Positions 16,959 to 25,859 of a stretch of DNA of 64,000 nucleotides are shown in pieces. Each line of letters opens with the position of its first letter. The first letter of the stretch is position 1. Made by a program: the position numbers and the translations under genes. Origin of the DNA: an uncultured Eubacteriales bacterium. GTDB taxonomy: Bacteria; Bacillota; Clostridia; Oscillospirales; CAG-272. The stretch spans positions 3,343 through 67,342 of the forward strand of contig CAKRQU010000007.1 of NCBI GenBank assembly GCA_934394585.1, written 5' to 3'. A model generated the notes under the pieces. It did no database searches and was not told where the DNA came from. It worked only from the letters and a program-made list of their open reading frames with translations.

Positions 16959-17660
16959 ATGAAATTTCGATTTGCCGTATGCGATGATGAACAAAACCAG
17001 ACAGAATATCTGAAAGCCGAAGTGACAAAATGGGCGTCGCAGAGCGGAAATCTTTGCGAAATTCATACTTTCCCGTCTGCGGAGGCTTTTCTTTTCGAAT
17101 ACAGCGAAAACAAAGCTTTTGATATCCTTCTGCTTGATATTGAAATGAAAGAAATGAACGGCGTGGAGCTGGCAAAGCTGGTGCGTTCGGAAAATGAGGA
17201 TATAAATATAGTTTTTATCACGGGATATCCCGATTTTATTTCTTTTGGCTATGATGTCGGCGCTCTGCATTACCTTTTGAAACCCGTATCGGAAGAAAAG
17301 CTTTTTTGTGTGCTGGACCGCGCGGCAAAAAACTTCGGAAAAAGAGAAAAACGCCTCACCGTGAATGCAAACAGGCAGACGGAATGCATTCCTTTTTCCG
17401 AAATAGTCTATCTGGAAGCACAGATGAATTATACCGTGATTCATACGCGCACGGCGGAATATAAAACGAAAATGTCGCTTTCCGATATTGAAAAGCAGCT
17501 CGACGACGGTTTTTTCCGCTGTCAGCGCTCATTTATAGTGAGTCTGGCGGAGGTTCATACCATAAAAAGCGATTCCGTAATAATGAAAAACGGCAGAGCG
17601 GTACCCATCAGCCGCGGCATGGGCGAACGCATAGGAAAAGCAATAATCAGACATTTTTAA
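16959..17660 (+). CDS. LytR/AlgR (LytTR) family response regulator
   Basis: Receiver domain (FAVCDDE, LLLDIEM) plus a C-terminal LytTR DNA-binding domain. ATG 16959 follows AAGGAG. Confidence 0.9.
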   Translation: MKFRFAVCDDEQNQTEYLKAEVTKWASQSGNLCEIHTFPSAEAFLFEYSENKAFDILLLDIEMKEMNGVELAKLVRSENEDINIVFITGYPDFISFGYDVGALHYLLKPVSEEKLFCVLDRAAKNFGKREKRLTVNANRQTECIPFSEIVYLEAQMNYTVIHTRTAEYKTKMSLSDIEKQLDDGFFRCQRSFIVSLAEVHTIKSDSVIMKNGRAVPISRGMGERIGKAIIRHF

Positions 17661-17669
17661 GGAGCAAAT

Positions 17670-18326
17670 ATGTTTTTTCGCAGACTGATAGATAAAAGAA
17701 TAGAGGAATATCAAAGCGATCTCCTCGCCAAATACTGCTCGGAAGTAGAGGAAATGTATACCAAAATGCGAGGATGGCGCCATGATTATCACAATCACAT
17801 TCAGGCATTGCAGGCGAGCATGGCTCTCGGGAAATATGACGATGTAAACGAATATCTGCGCAGTCTGAATGATGATCTGACGCAGGTGGATACTGTTATA
17901 AAAACGGGGCGCGTGATGGTGGATGCTATTCTGAACGGGAAAATTTCCATCGCCGGCAAAAACAATATACCTGTGAATGCCAAAGCAAAATTGCCCGAGG
18001 GCATGCCTTGCTCCGATATCGACGCGTGCGTCATAATAGGAAATCTGCTCGACAATGCCATAGAGGAATGTGAAAAGCTTCCGGCAGAAAACCGCTTTAT
18101 CCGCATTTACATCGGCAAAAAGGATACGCATTTCTATCTTTCCGTGACAAATGCGGCGGGAAAGAAGCAAACGAAAAAAGATTTCGGCTTTCTTTCTTCA
18201 AAAGGCGGCGGACACGGCTTCGGACTTGCCCGCGTGCGCTCTCTTGTAAACAAATACAACGGTATTTTCATGAGCGACAGCGAGGACGGCGGCTTTACCA
18301 GCGAAATTCTCATTCCGCTTTTGTAA
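17670..18326 (+). CDS. GHKL ATPase / AgrC-type (HPK10-like) histidine kinase core without any transmembrane sensor region
   Basis: H-box RHDYHNH, N-box GNLLDNAIEE and G-box GGGHGFGL. Only 218 aa with no hydrophobic segments. Confidence 0.8.
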   Translation: MFFRRLIDKRIEEYQSDLLAKYCSEVEEMYTKMRGWRHDYHNHIQALQASMALGKYDDVNEYLRSLNDDLTQVDTVIKTGRVMVDAILNGKISIAGKNNIPVNAKAKLPEGMPCSDIDACVIIGNLLDNAIEECEKLPAENRFIRIYIGKKDTHFYLSVTNAAGKKQTKKDFGFLSSKGGGHGFGLARVRSLVNKYNGIFMSDSEDGGFTSEILIPLL

Positions 18327-18344
18327 CGTATTTTCGAAAAAAGT

Positions 18345-18412
18345 GCATTTCAAACACCGAAAAACGCATTTGGTGTACAAAATACGCTTTTTTATTCCCC
18401 GCATGATACAAT
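18345..18412 (+). promoter_or_regulatory. putative LytTR-box (two 9-bp direct repeats 21 bp apart) plus extended -10
   Basis: GCATTTCAA (18345-18353), 12 bp, GCATTTGGT (18366-18374), then TGATACAAT (18404-12). Geometry and sequence resemble ComE/AgrA-type sites. Confidence 0.45.
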
Positions 18413-18445
18413 AGAGCCATCATATCGCAAGGGAGGTTGCCCGTT

Positions 18446-20302
18446 TTGGCGAAAGACAAAACAAATAAAGAAAAAGAGAAAAAAGAACCGAAGCGAAAAC
18501 CGAAATACGGATTTTTCTCCTGCGTTCACTACATATATTCCTATATGTGGAAGTATGAGCGGGGCGTCGCATTTACGGCTGTTTTGACGGTTCCCATATC
18601 GCTTATCGCATCGGCATTCGGACTTTATATGCCGAGCGTGATCATCCGCACACTCGAAAGGGGAGAAGTATTTTCGTATGTTGCTCTGGTAATCTGCGGA
18701 CTCGTGCTGGCAAATCTCATCGTGGGAATAGCAAATGCCGCAATCGGCGCCAAAGGTCAGGTGGCGGAGCATTTTGTGCTTCTCAGACTTATGTACGACA
18801 GGCAAAGCTATTTGCGGAGCCGCGACGAGTATCTCGGCAATTACAAAGACGTGCAGGAAAAAGATTCGCGCGCGGCAAATGCCATTATGAATAATCACAC
18901 AGCCGGCGTGCATTTTCCGATGGACGTAGCCAATATGCTCGCGACGATACTGAAATTTTTCCTTTTCGGTACGGTAGTATCGTTTCTGAATAAGTGGATA
19001 TTTGTTTTGATTGTTGTCGGATGCGCGGTAAACTATTTTATGTCCGCGTGGGAAAGAAAAGCCAACTACAAAACAAGAGATAAAAGAAACGCCGTTACCA
19101 AAAAAATTCAGTATCTGGCATACAATGTTTCCAGAGATCTGAAATACGGAAAAGATATCCGCCTTTACAATCTGCGCGATTATTTTTCGCTATTGATGAA
19201 AAAACTGCTCGGCGAGGCGAAAAACGAGCAGGAAAAAGTGGAGCGCAGAAGCTTCCTCGTGGCTTTTATCAGCTTTCTCGTGGTGCTCGTGCGTGACGGC
19301 GCGGCGTATGCTTTTCTTATATACAAGGCGCTTGCGGGAGAGGTGGATGCGGCTTCGTTTGTGCTGTATTTTTCCGCTATCACGTCGCTTTCCGGCTTTA
19401 TGGCAAATATTCTGAATTCCGTGAGCCGTCTGCAAAGCGGTGCGATGCAGATTTCCGATTACCGTGAGGATTTTGATATCCGCGGCAAGCTAAATGAAGG
19501 CAGAGGCATCCCGCTGCCGAAGGGTCCTTTTTCCGTGGAATTCAAAAACGTATCTTTCAAATATCCGCAGGGAGAAAATCAGATACTGGAAAATATCAGT
19601 TTCCGCATAGAAGCGGGCGAGAAAATCGCCATAGTCGGGCTGAACGGCGCGGGCAAAACCACGCTTACAAAGCTCGTATGCGGGCTTCTCATCCCTGATG
19701 AGGGCGAAGTACTCATCGACGGACATTCCGTTTTCGAATACAATAAAGACGAGCTTTATTCGCTTTACGGGCTTGTTCCGCAGGAATATGCCGTGCTTCC
19801 TCTTTCCATAGCGCGAAATATTGCGCTGAACGGAGAAGGAGAGGAGATAGACGGGGCACGGCTGGAATACTGCATAGAAGCAGCGGGACTTTCAGAAAAA
19901 ATATCATCGCTCCCGCTGGGAAAGGAAACGCCGCTCGTGCGGCAGGTAAATCCGCAGGGCGTGGATCTCTCGGGCGGCGAAATGCAGAAACTGCTGCTTG
20001 CACGCGCCATGTACCGCGACCCGAAATGTCTTATTCTCGACGAGCCCACGGCGGCGCTCGACCCGATAGCCGAGGACAGAATGTATCGCAGATACAACGA
20101 AATCACGGCTCACGCGACGTCGCTTTTCATTTCCCACCGCCTTGCCTCCACGCGCTTCTGCGACAGGATATTTTTCATCGACGGCGCGCATATCACGGAA
20201 GAGGGAAGTCATGACGCGCTGATGGCAAAGGGAGGAAAATACAGGGAGCTTTTTGATATTCAGAGCAAATATTATCAGTCGGAGGTGGCGGAAAATGAGT
20301 AA
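18446..20302 (+). CDS. ABC exporter, fused permease/ATPase (type I exporter, half-transporter 1)
   Basis: Six-TM N domain, Walker A GLNGAGKTT, LSGGEMQ signature and Walker B ILDEPTAALD. I prefer TTG 18446 (9 nt after GGAGG). The track start is 18437. Confidence 0.88.
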   Translation: MAKDKTNKEKEKKEPKRKPKYGFFSCVHYIYSYMWKYERGVAFTAVLTVPISLIASAFGLYMPSVIIRTLERGEVFSYVALVICGLVLANLIVGIANAAIGAKGQVAEHFVLLRLMYDRQSYLRSRDEYLGNYKDVQEKDSRAANAIMNNHTAGVHFPMDVANMLATILKFFLFGTVVSFLNKWIFVLIVVGCAVNYFMSAWERKANYKTRDKRNAVTKKIQYLAYNVSRDLKYGKDIRLYNLRDYFSLLMKKLLGEAKNEQEKVERRSFLVAFISFLVVLVRDGAAYAFLIYKALAGEVDAASFVLYFSAITSLSGFMANILNSVSRLQSGAMQISDYREDFDIRGKLNEGRGIPLPKGPFSVEFKNVSFKYPQGENQILENISFRIEAGEKIAIVGLNGAGKTTLTKLVCGLLIPDEGEVLIDGHSVFEYNKDELYSLYGLVPQEYAVLPLSIARNIALNGEGEEIDGARLEYCIEAAGLSEKISSLPLGKETPLVRQVNPQGVDLSGGEMQKLLLARAMYRDPKCLILDEPTAALDPIAEDRMYRRYNEITAHATSLFISHRLASTRFCDRIFFIDGAHITEEGSHDALMAKGGKYRELFDIQSKYYQSEVAENE

Positions 20303-22145
20303 AAGCAAGGAAAAACGGACCTTCGGCGAAGATTTCGCTCTTTTCAGACGGGCGCTGAAGATACTCCTGAAAATATGCCCGCAGTATATTTTGTGGCAGA
20401 TAATAAACAGCATAGTCACCGCCGTCACTCCTTATTTCGGCATATATATGTCGGCGGCTTTTGTAAACGAGCTTGCCGGCGCGTGCGACAAAGACAGGCT
20501 TATCATGCTCGCCGTGATCACCGTTGCGGGCGGATTTGCAATAAATATCATTTCGCGCGTCGTGCGCGGCAGGCTGGGCGTATGGGCAAATAACAGCTGG
20601 CTGCGCGATGAGCTTTTCTTTCTCGACACGCAGAACAGAATGCAATACAATCATCTCGAAAATCCCGATGTGGTGCTGCTTCGCGAACGTATATTCGCGC
20701 ACAAAAACGCAAACGGCGGCGGACTTCTCCAGGTGCAGTGGGCTATACCGAATCTTTTCAGCAGTATCGCATGCATCATAGCATCGCTCGCTCTTTCCGT
20801 CACGGTTTTTACGGCTTTGCCAAAAGAACCGCAGACAGGCTTTCTTGCCTTTGCAAATTCGCCTTGGGCTGTGGTTTCTCTCGTCGTAATGGTAGTGGCG
20901 GAAAGCATCATACTTACGAAAATCACAAATTCGGCTTCCGAAAAATCGGCAAAGGAATGGGAAAATCTTTCGGGAAACAATACACGCGTCGGAGTCTACT
21001 TCAATCTCTGGTCGAGCGATACTCTCATTTTCGGCATGAAGCGCATCATTCTTCCCGAATTTGCCAAACTCACCATACGACCGCGATTTGTTGCAAACAG
21101 CAATAAAATTGTTGTGAAAAGCAGTATTTTAAAAGGCGTCATTTCCGCTCTCGCAGAGCTATGGCTTTTTATTATCGTAGCGGCGAAAGCTTTTGCCGGC
21201 GCTTTCGGAATAGGCAATTATATCCTTTATCGTGCGACGATAGGAAGGCTGACAGGCGCCGTATGCGATATCGGTGCTCAGATAGGAGCGCTCCGCTACA
21301 ACAGCAGATATCTCATCGATCTTTACAGATATCTGGATCTGCCCGACGATATGTATCACGGCACGCTCGCCGTGGAAAAACGGGATGATATAGATTACGA
21401 GATAGAATTCCGGAATGTAAGCTTCCGTTACCCGAAAACAGAGATTTTTGCGCTGAAAAACGTAAATATGAAATTCCGCATCGGCGATAAGCTCGCTATA
21501 GTGGGCGAAAACGGCTCGGGCAAGACCACTTTCATAAAGCTTCTTTGCCGCCTGTACGATCCGACGGAGGGAACAATACTTCTCAACGGTATAGATATCA
21601 GCCGATATCGCTATGATGAATATCTCGCTCTTTTTTCCGTGGTTTTTCAGGATTACAAGCTGTTTTCCTTTACGATAGCGGAAAATGTCGCCTGCACGCA
21701 CGGCTATGATGCGGAAAAGGTGCGCGATTGCCTTATCCGCGCGGGGCTGGAAGAAAAGCTGAAATCGCTTGACAAAGGCATAGAAACGGCGCTTTACCGC
21801 GATTATGAAAACGACGGCATCAATCTTTCGGGAGGCGAATCGCAGCGTATGGCGCTCGCACGCGCGCTGTATAAGGACGCCCCTTTTGCAGTGCTTGATG
21901 AGCCTACCGCTGCTCTTGATCCGATAGGCGAGGCGGAAGTGTATGAAAATTTCAACAAGCTTGTGAAAAACAAAACCTCCGTATTTATTTCGCATCGGCT
22001 TTCTTCCTGCCGTTTCTGTGATGACATAATGGTATTTGACCACGGCGAGATAATCCAGCGCGGCTCGCATGACGCGCTCATTTCCGACGAAGGCGGCAAA
22101 TATTTTGCCCTGTGGAATGCGCAGGCGCAGTATTATACCAAATAA
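20295..22145 (+). CDS. ABC exporter, fused permease/ATPase (half-transporter 2)
   Basis: Walker A GENGSGKTT, LSGGESQ signature and Walker B VLDEPTAALD. ATG 20295 after GGAGG overlaps the upstream stop by 8 nt. Confidence 0.9.
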   Translation: MSKSKEKRTFGEDFALFRRALKILLKICPQYILWQIINSIVTAVTPYFGIYMSAAFVNELAGACDKDRLIMLAVITVAGGFAINIISRVVRGRLGVWANNSWLRDELFFLDTQNRMQYNHLENPDVVLLRERIFAHKNANGGGLLQVQWAIPNLFSSIACIIASLALSVTVFTALPKEPQTGFLAFANSPWAVVSLVVMVVAESIILTKITNSASEKSAKEWENLSGNNTRVGVYFNLWSSDTLIFGMKRIILPEFAKLTIRPRFVANSNKIVVKSSILKGVISALAELWLFIIVAAKAFAGAFGIGNYILYRATIGRLTGAVCDIGAQIGALRYNSRYLIDLYRYLDLPDDMYHGTLAVEKRDDIDYEIEFRNVSFRYPKTEIFALKNVNMKFRIGDKLAIVGENGSGKTTFIKLLCRLYDPTEGTILLNGIDISRYRYDEYLALFSVVFQDYKLFSFTIAENVACTHGYDAEKVRDCLIRAGLEEKLKSLDKGIETALYRDYENDGINLSGGESQRMALARALYKDAPFAVLDEPTAALDPIGEAEVYENFNKLVKNKTSVFISHRLSSCRFCDDIMVFDHGEIIQRGSHDALISDEGGKYFALWNAQAQYYTK

Positions 22146-22160
22146 AACGCGATATAAACG

Positions 22161-22195
22161 AAAAAAGCAGTGGTTGTGCAACCACTGCTTTTTTC
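22161..22195. terminator. bidirectional intrinsic terminator (ABC operon / tRNA genes)
   Basis: AGCAGTGGTT-GTGC-AACCACTGCT flanked by an A run and a T run. Confidence 0.8.
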
Positions 22196-22269
22196 TGGAG
22201 CAGGCGACGGGAATCGAACCCGCGTATTCGGCTTGGGAAGCGGACACTCTGCCATTGAGTTACGCCTGC
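22196..22269 (-). tRNA. tRNA-Gly (anticodon CCC), CCA encoded
   Basis: The reverse complement folds as a cloverleaf: acceptor GCAGGCG/CGCCTGC, anticodon loop TT-CCC-AA, T loop TTCGATT. There is one C.C mismatch in the anticodon stem. Confidence 0.8.
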
Positions 22270-22301
22270 AAAAAAAGCTCCGCTTTTTGCAGAGCTTTTC
22301 A

Positions 22302-22377
22302 TGGAGCTGGTGATGTGACTCGAACACACGACCTGCTGATTACGAATCAGCTGCACTACCGACTGTGCTACACCAGC
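22302..22377 (-). tRNA. tRNA-Thr (anticodon CGU), CCA encoded
   Basis: Reverse complement: acceptor GCTGGTG/CACCAGC, anticodon stem-loop GCTGA-TTCGTAA-TCAGC, T loop TTCGAGT. Confidence 0.9.
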
Positions 22378-22419
22378 AATAATGTAAATCGCCGAGAACT
22401 CAAGCAAAATTACTGAATT

Positions 22420-22448
22420 ATTTTACCATACCTATTGCAATTTGTCAA
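22420..22448 (-). promoter_or_regulatory. sigma-A type promoter of the minus-strand tRNA pair
   Basis: On the - strand: TTGACA, 17 bp, TAAAAT. Confidence 0.6.
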
Positions 22449-22514
22449 GTAAAATTGTAAAATAAATAGAGAAAAATATTTTGGTGCTTCGACGGCAGCC
22501 CGAAAGGAAATTAA

Positions 22515-23363
22515 ATGAATCTGACAAACTTATCCTGCATAAGAGAAATAATGGCGAGGCACGGCATAGCACCGCAAAAAAGGTACGGGCAGAATTTCCT
22601 GATAAATTCCTCCGTGGTGGAGCGCATAGCCGAAACCTGCGCGGACTGCGATGCGGGAGTGATAGAAATAGGTCCGGGCATCGGCACGCTTACGCGCGAG
22701 CTTGCGCCGCGTTTCAAAAAAGTAGTGGCTCTGGAAATAGACGAAAATCTGATACCCGTGCTTGAGGAGACGCTTTCCGATTTCGACAATGTGAAGGTTA
22801 TAAACACGGATGCGATGAAAACCGATCTTGCGGCGCTGATAAAAGAAGAATTTGCGGGAATGAAGGTTTATGTATGCGCAAATCTGCCTTATTACATAAC
22901 ATCGCCCGTGGTGATGAAACTGCTGGAATCGGGCGGTATATTTGAAGCCGTCACCGTGATGATACAAAAGGAAGTGGCGGACAGATTTTGCGCGGAGCCG
23001 GGAAGTGCCGATTACGGCGCAATAACGCTCGCCGTGAATTATTATTCCGACGCGGAAAAATGCTTTTGCGTGGCGCCCGGAAATTTCATGCCGCCGCCAA
23101 AGGTCACTTCTTCCGTAATAAAAATGAAAATAAGAAAAGAACCGCCCGTGTGCGTGCGTGATGCCGACGCGATGTTTTCGCTGATACGCGCCGCATTTGC
23201 CTGCCGCAGAAAAACTCTGGTAAATGCCGTTTGTACATCCGGTCTGTGCGGCAAGGAAGAACTGACGGGCATACTCGAAACGCTCGGATACGATGCGAAT
23301 ATACGCGGCGAGCGCCTTTCGCTCGCGGATTTCGCCCGCATTTCCGATGAACTGACAAAATAA
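22515..23363 (+). CDS. rsmA: 16S rRNA (adenine1518/1519-N6)-dimethyltransferase
   Basis: KRYGQNFLIN start and the VIEIGPGIGTLT SAM motif, typical of KsgA/RsmA. Confidence 0.95.
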   Translation: MNLTNLSCIREIMARHGIAPQKRYGQNFLINSSVVERIAETCADCDAGVIEIGPGIGTLTRELAPRFKKVVALEIDENLIPVLEETLSDFDNVKVINTDAMKTDLAALIKEEFAGMKVYVCANLPYYITSPVVMKLLESGGIFEAVTVMIQKEVADRFCAEPGSADYGAITLAVNYYSDAEKCFCVAPGNFMPPPKVTSSVIKMKIRKEPPVCVRDADAMFSLIRAAFACRRKTLVNAVCTSGLCGKEELTGILETLGYDANIRGERLSLADFARISDELTK

Positions 23364-23405
23364 AACCGCATAAAATATTATGACAACATTTTTGCGGAGG
23401 GACAA

Positions 23406-24806
23406 ATGAACGAAAAACTCGAAAAATTCAAAAAATACATAAAAGGAAAAAGCGCGGCGCTTCTCGGATTCGGGATAAGCAATTCGTCCATAGCGGATTT
23501 TCTCGTTTCCGCCGGTGCGCGCGTTACAGTACGCGATAAAAACGAAAATATCGCGGAAAAAGAAAAATACGAGGCGCGCGGCATAAAATTTATCACGGGC
23601 GCGGATTATCTTTGCGATATAAGCGAGGATGTGCTTTTCCGCTCGCCGGGGATGCGCGCCGATACGACCGAAATCGCGGCGGCTGTTTCACGCGGAGCGC
23701 TTCTGACCGGAGAAACAGAGCTTTTCTGCCTGCTTTTCCCGGGGAAAATATACGCCGTGACGGGCAGCGACGGCAAAACCACCACGACCACGATAATACA
23801 TAAAATCCTGTCGGAGGAATACAAAAATACCGATAAAAAGATTTATCTCGGCGGAAATATCGGATATCCGCTGCTTTCGCATATAGAGGAAGCAGATGAA
23901 AACGATATCGCCGTGATGGAACTTTCGAGCTTTCAGCTTTCGACGATGAATTTCGCTCCTCATTGCGCCGTGATAACGAATATCACGCCAAATCACCTGA
24001 ATTGGCACAGAGATATGGCGGAGTACACCGAATGCAAGAAAAACATTTTCCGCGGGATGACGGGCGGCAGGCTCACCGTAAACGACGTAAACGCCATAAC
24101 GCGCGATTTTGAAAATCCGTGCGGCGAAACATGGCGCTTTTCATCGAAAGGAAAGCCGCGCGGTAAAGCCGTATACTGCGAGGGCAGGGATATATTTTTC
24201 ACCGACGGCGAAAAAACATCGCGCATAATGGGTTTTGACGATATAAAGCTGCGCGGCATGCACAATGTGGAAAATTATATGGCGGCGACAGCGGCGCTTT
24301 TCGGCGAGGTTTCCATGGAAAGCGTGCTTGCCGTTTCGCGCACGTTCGGCGGTGTGAAGCACCGCATAGAGCTTATCTGCGAAAACGACGGCGTGAAGTT
24401 TTACAACAGCTCCATTGATACCAGCCCGACGCGGAGCATGGCGGCGCTTTCCTCTTTCGAAGAGAAAATGATAGTGGTATGCGGCGGATATGACAAGCAT
24501 ATACCGACAGATCCGCTAATTCCCGTGCTCGCCGGACGGGCAAAGGCTGTTTTTGCCACGGGGCAGACGGGCGTGGAACTGTGCGAAAAGCTCGCGCTTT
24601 ACTGCGAAAAATCCGCGCAAAAGCCAGAGAAAATAAGCTACAGTGCAAATTTCGACGACGCCGTGAACGCGGCATTTTGCTATGCGAAACCGGGCGACAC
24701 GGTGATACTCTCGCCTGCGGCGGCAAGCTTTGACGCATTTGCAAATTTCGAGGAACGCGGAGAACATTTCCGCTCCCTTGTGGAAAAATACATACGAAAA
24801 AAATAA
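23406..24806 (+). CDS. murD: UDP-N-acetylmuramoyl-L-alanine--D-glutamate ligase
   Basis: Mur ligase P-loop VTGSDGKTTTT with N- and C-terminal domains matching the MurD layout. Confidence 0.92.
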   Translation: MNEKLEKFKKYIKGKSAALLGFGISNSSIADFLVSAGARVTVRDKNENIAEKEKYEARGIKFITGADYLCDISEDVLFRSPGMRADTTEIAAAVSRGALLTGETELFCLLFPGKIYAVTGSDGKTTTTTIIHKILSEEYKNTDKKIYLGGNIGYPLLSHIEEADENDIAVMELSSFQLSTMNFAPHCAVITNITPNHLNWHRDMAEYTECKKNIFRGMTGGRLTVNDVNAITRDFENPCGETWRFSSKGKPRGKAVYCEGRDIFFTDGEKTSRIMGFDDIKLRGMHNVENYMAATAALFGEVSMESVLAVSRTFGGVKHRIELICENDGVKFYNSSIDTSPTRSMAALSSFEEKMIVVCGGYDKHIPTDPLIPVLAGRAKAVFATGQTGVELCEKLALYCEKSAQKPEKISYSANFDDAVNAAFCYAKPGDTVILSPAAASFDAFANFEERGEHFRSLVEKYIRKK

Positions 24807-24818
24807 ACGGAGGTAAAA

Positions 24819-25859
24819 ATGGATACGAAAAAACTGCTTTTCGATTTGTGCTCGTGCATGAGCATATCGGGTTTTGAGTACAGGAGCGCGGAAAAACTGC
24901 GCTCACTTGTAATGCCGTATTTCGACGAATATATCGGCGACAAAGTGGGAAATCACATTTTTGTGAAAAAATCGAAATCGGAAAAAGCCCCGAAACTGCT
25001 CATAGACACACATTTCGACGAGGTCGGACTGATGGTGAAGGACGTGACGAAGGAAGGCTTTCTGCGCGTATGCTCCATAGGCGGCGTTGATGCGAGAATT
25101 TTCCCCGCGAGCGAAGTGACGGTTTACGCGGGAGAAAAGGAAATAAGCGGCGTGGTGGTGAAAAAAGCTCCGCACGCGCGCACGCCCGATGAAGCGGGCA
25201 AGCTTACCGCGGTGACAAATCTGCTCGTGGATACGGGATATTCCAAGGCGGAGCTTGAAGAACAGGGCGTAGGCATCGGCACGCCCGTCGGCATGGCGAA
25301 AAGCTATATTTCGCTTTCCGATGATGTGGTGAGCGGTCCGAGCTTTGATAATAAATCATGCTGCGCTGCCGCCGTATACGCCGTTTCCATGCTCGGCGAC
25401 TGCGGATGCGATATTTATCTTTCCATGTCGGCAAAGGAAGAAGTCGGTCACAGAGCGGCTTCGAGCGCGGCGTACACTGTAAATCCCGATTTCGCCATAG
25501 CGATAGATGTGGGGCTCGGACTCGCACCGGGCGGCGACAAAAAGAGCAATCCGAAGCTCGGAGGCGGCGCGTGCATTTCCGTTTCCGCCATACTGGACAG
25601 GGCTATCACCGATAGGATAATCGAAACGGCAAAGAAAAACGAAATTCCGCTTCAGGTGATAGTGGAAGCCTGCGGCACGGGAACCCATGCGGACGAGATA
25701 GGCGCGGTGCGCGAGGGAATTCCCACGGCACTGCTCAGTCTGCCGATAAATTTCATGCACACGGGTGCGGAAACGCTTTATATGAGCGATTTTGAAGCCA
25801 CGGCAAAGCTTATCTGCGCCGTGATAAACGATTGTTTTGCGGGAGGTGAAAAGGCATGA
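24819..25859 (+). CDS. M42 family metallopeptidase (TET/FrvX/CelM-like), paralog 1
   Basis: Metal and catalytic motifs intact: THFDEVG, FDNKS, KEEVG, FMHTG. Confidence 0.9.
   Translation: MDTKKLLFDLCSCMSISGFEYRSAEKLRSLVMPYFDEYIGDKVGNHIFVKKSKSEKAPKLLIDTHFDEVGLMVKDVTKEGFLRVCSIGGVDARIFPASEVTVYAGEKEISGVVVKKAPHARTPDEAGKLTAVTNLLVDTGYSKAELEEQGVGIGTPVGMAKSYISLSDDVVSGPSFDNKSCCAAAVYAVSMLGDCGCDIYLSMSAKEEVGHRAASSAAYTVNPDFAIAIDVGLGLAPGGDKKSNPKLGGGACISVSAILDRAITDRIIETAKKNEIPLQVIVEACGTGTHADEIGAVREGIPTALLSLPINFMHTGAETLYMSDFEATAKLICAVINDCFAGGEKA

Noticed and set aside
16599-22377. The tRNA-bracketed two-component/ABC block as an integrated genomic island.
   Set aside because: There is no integrase, no direct repeat of a tRNA 3' end, and no obvious compositional break by eye. 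The tRNAs have their own promoters and terminators. It is kept only as context in a finding.
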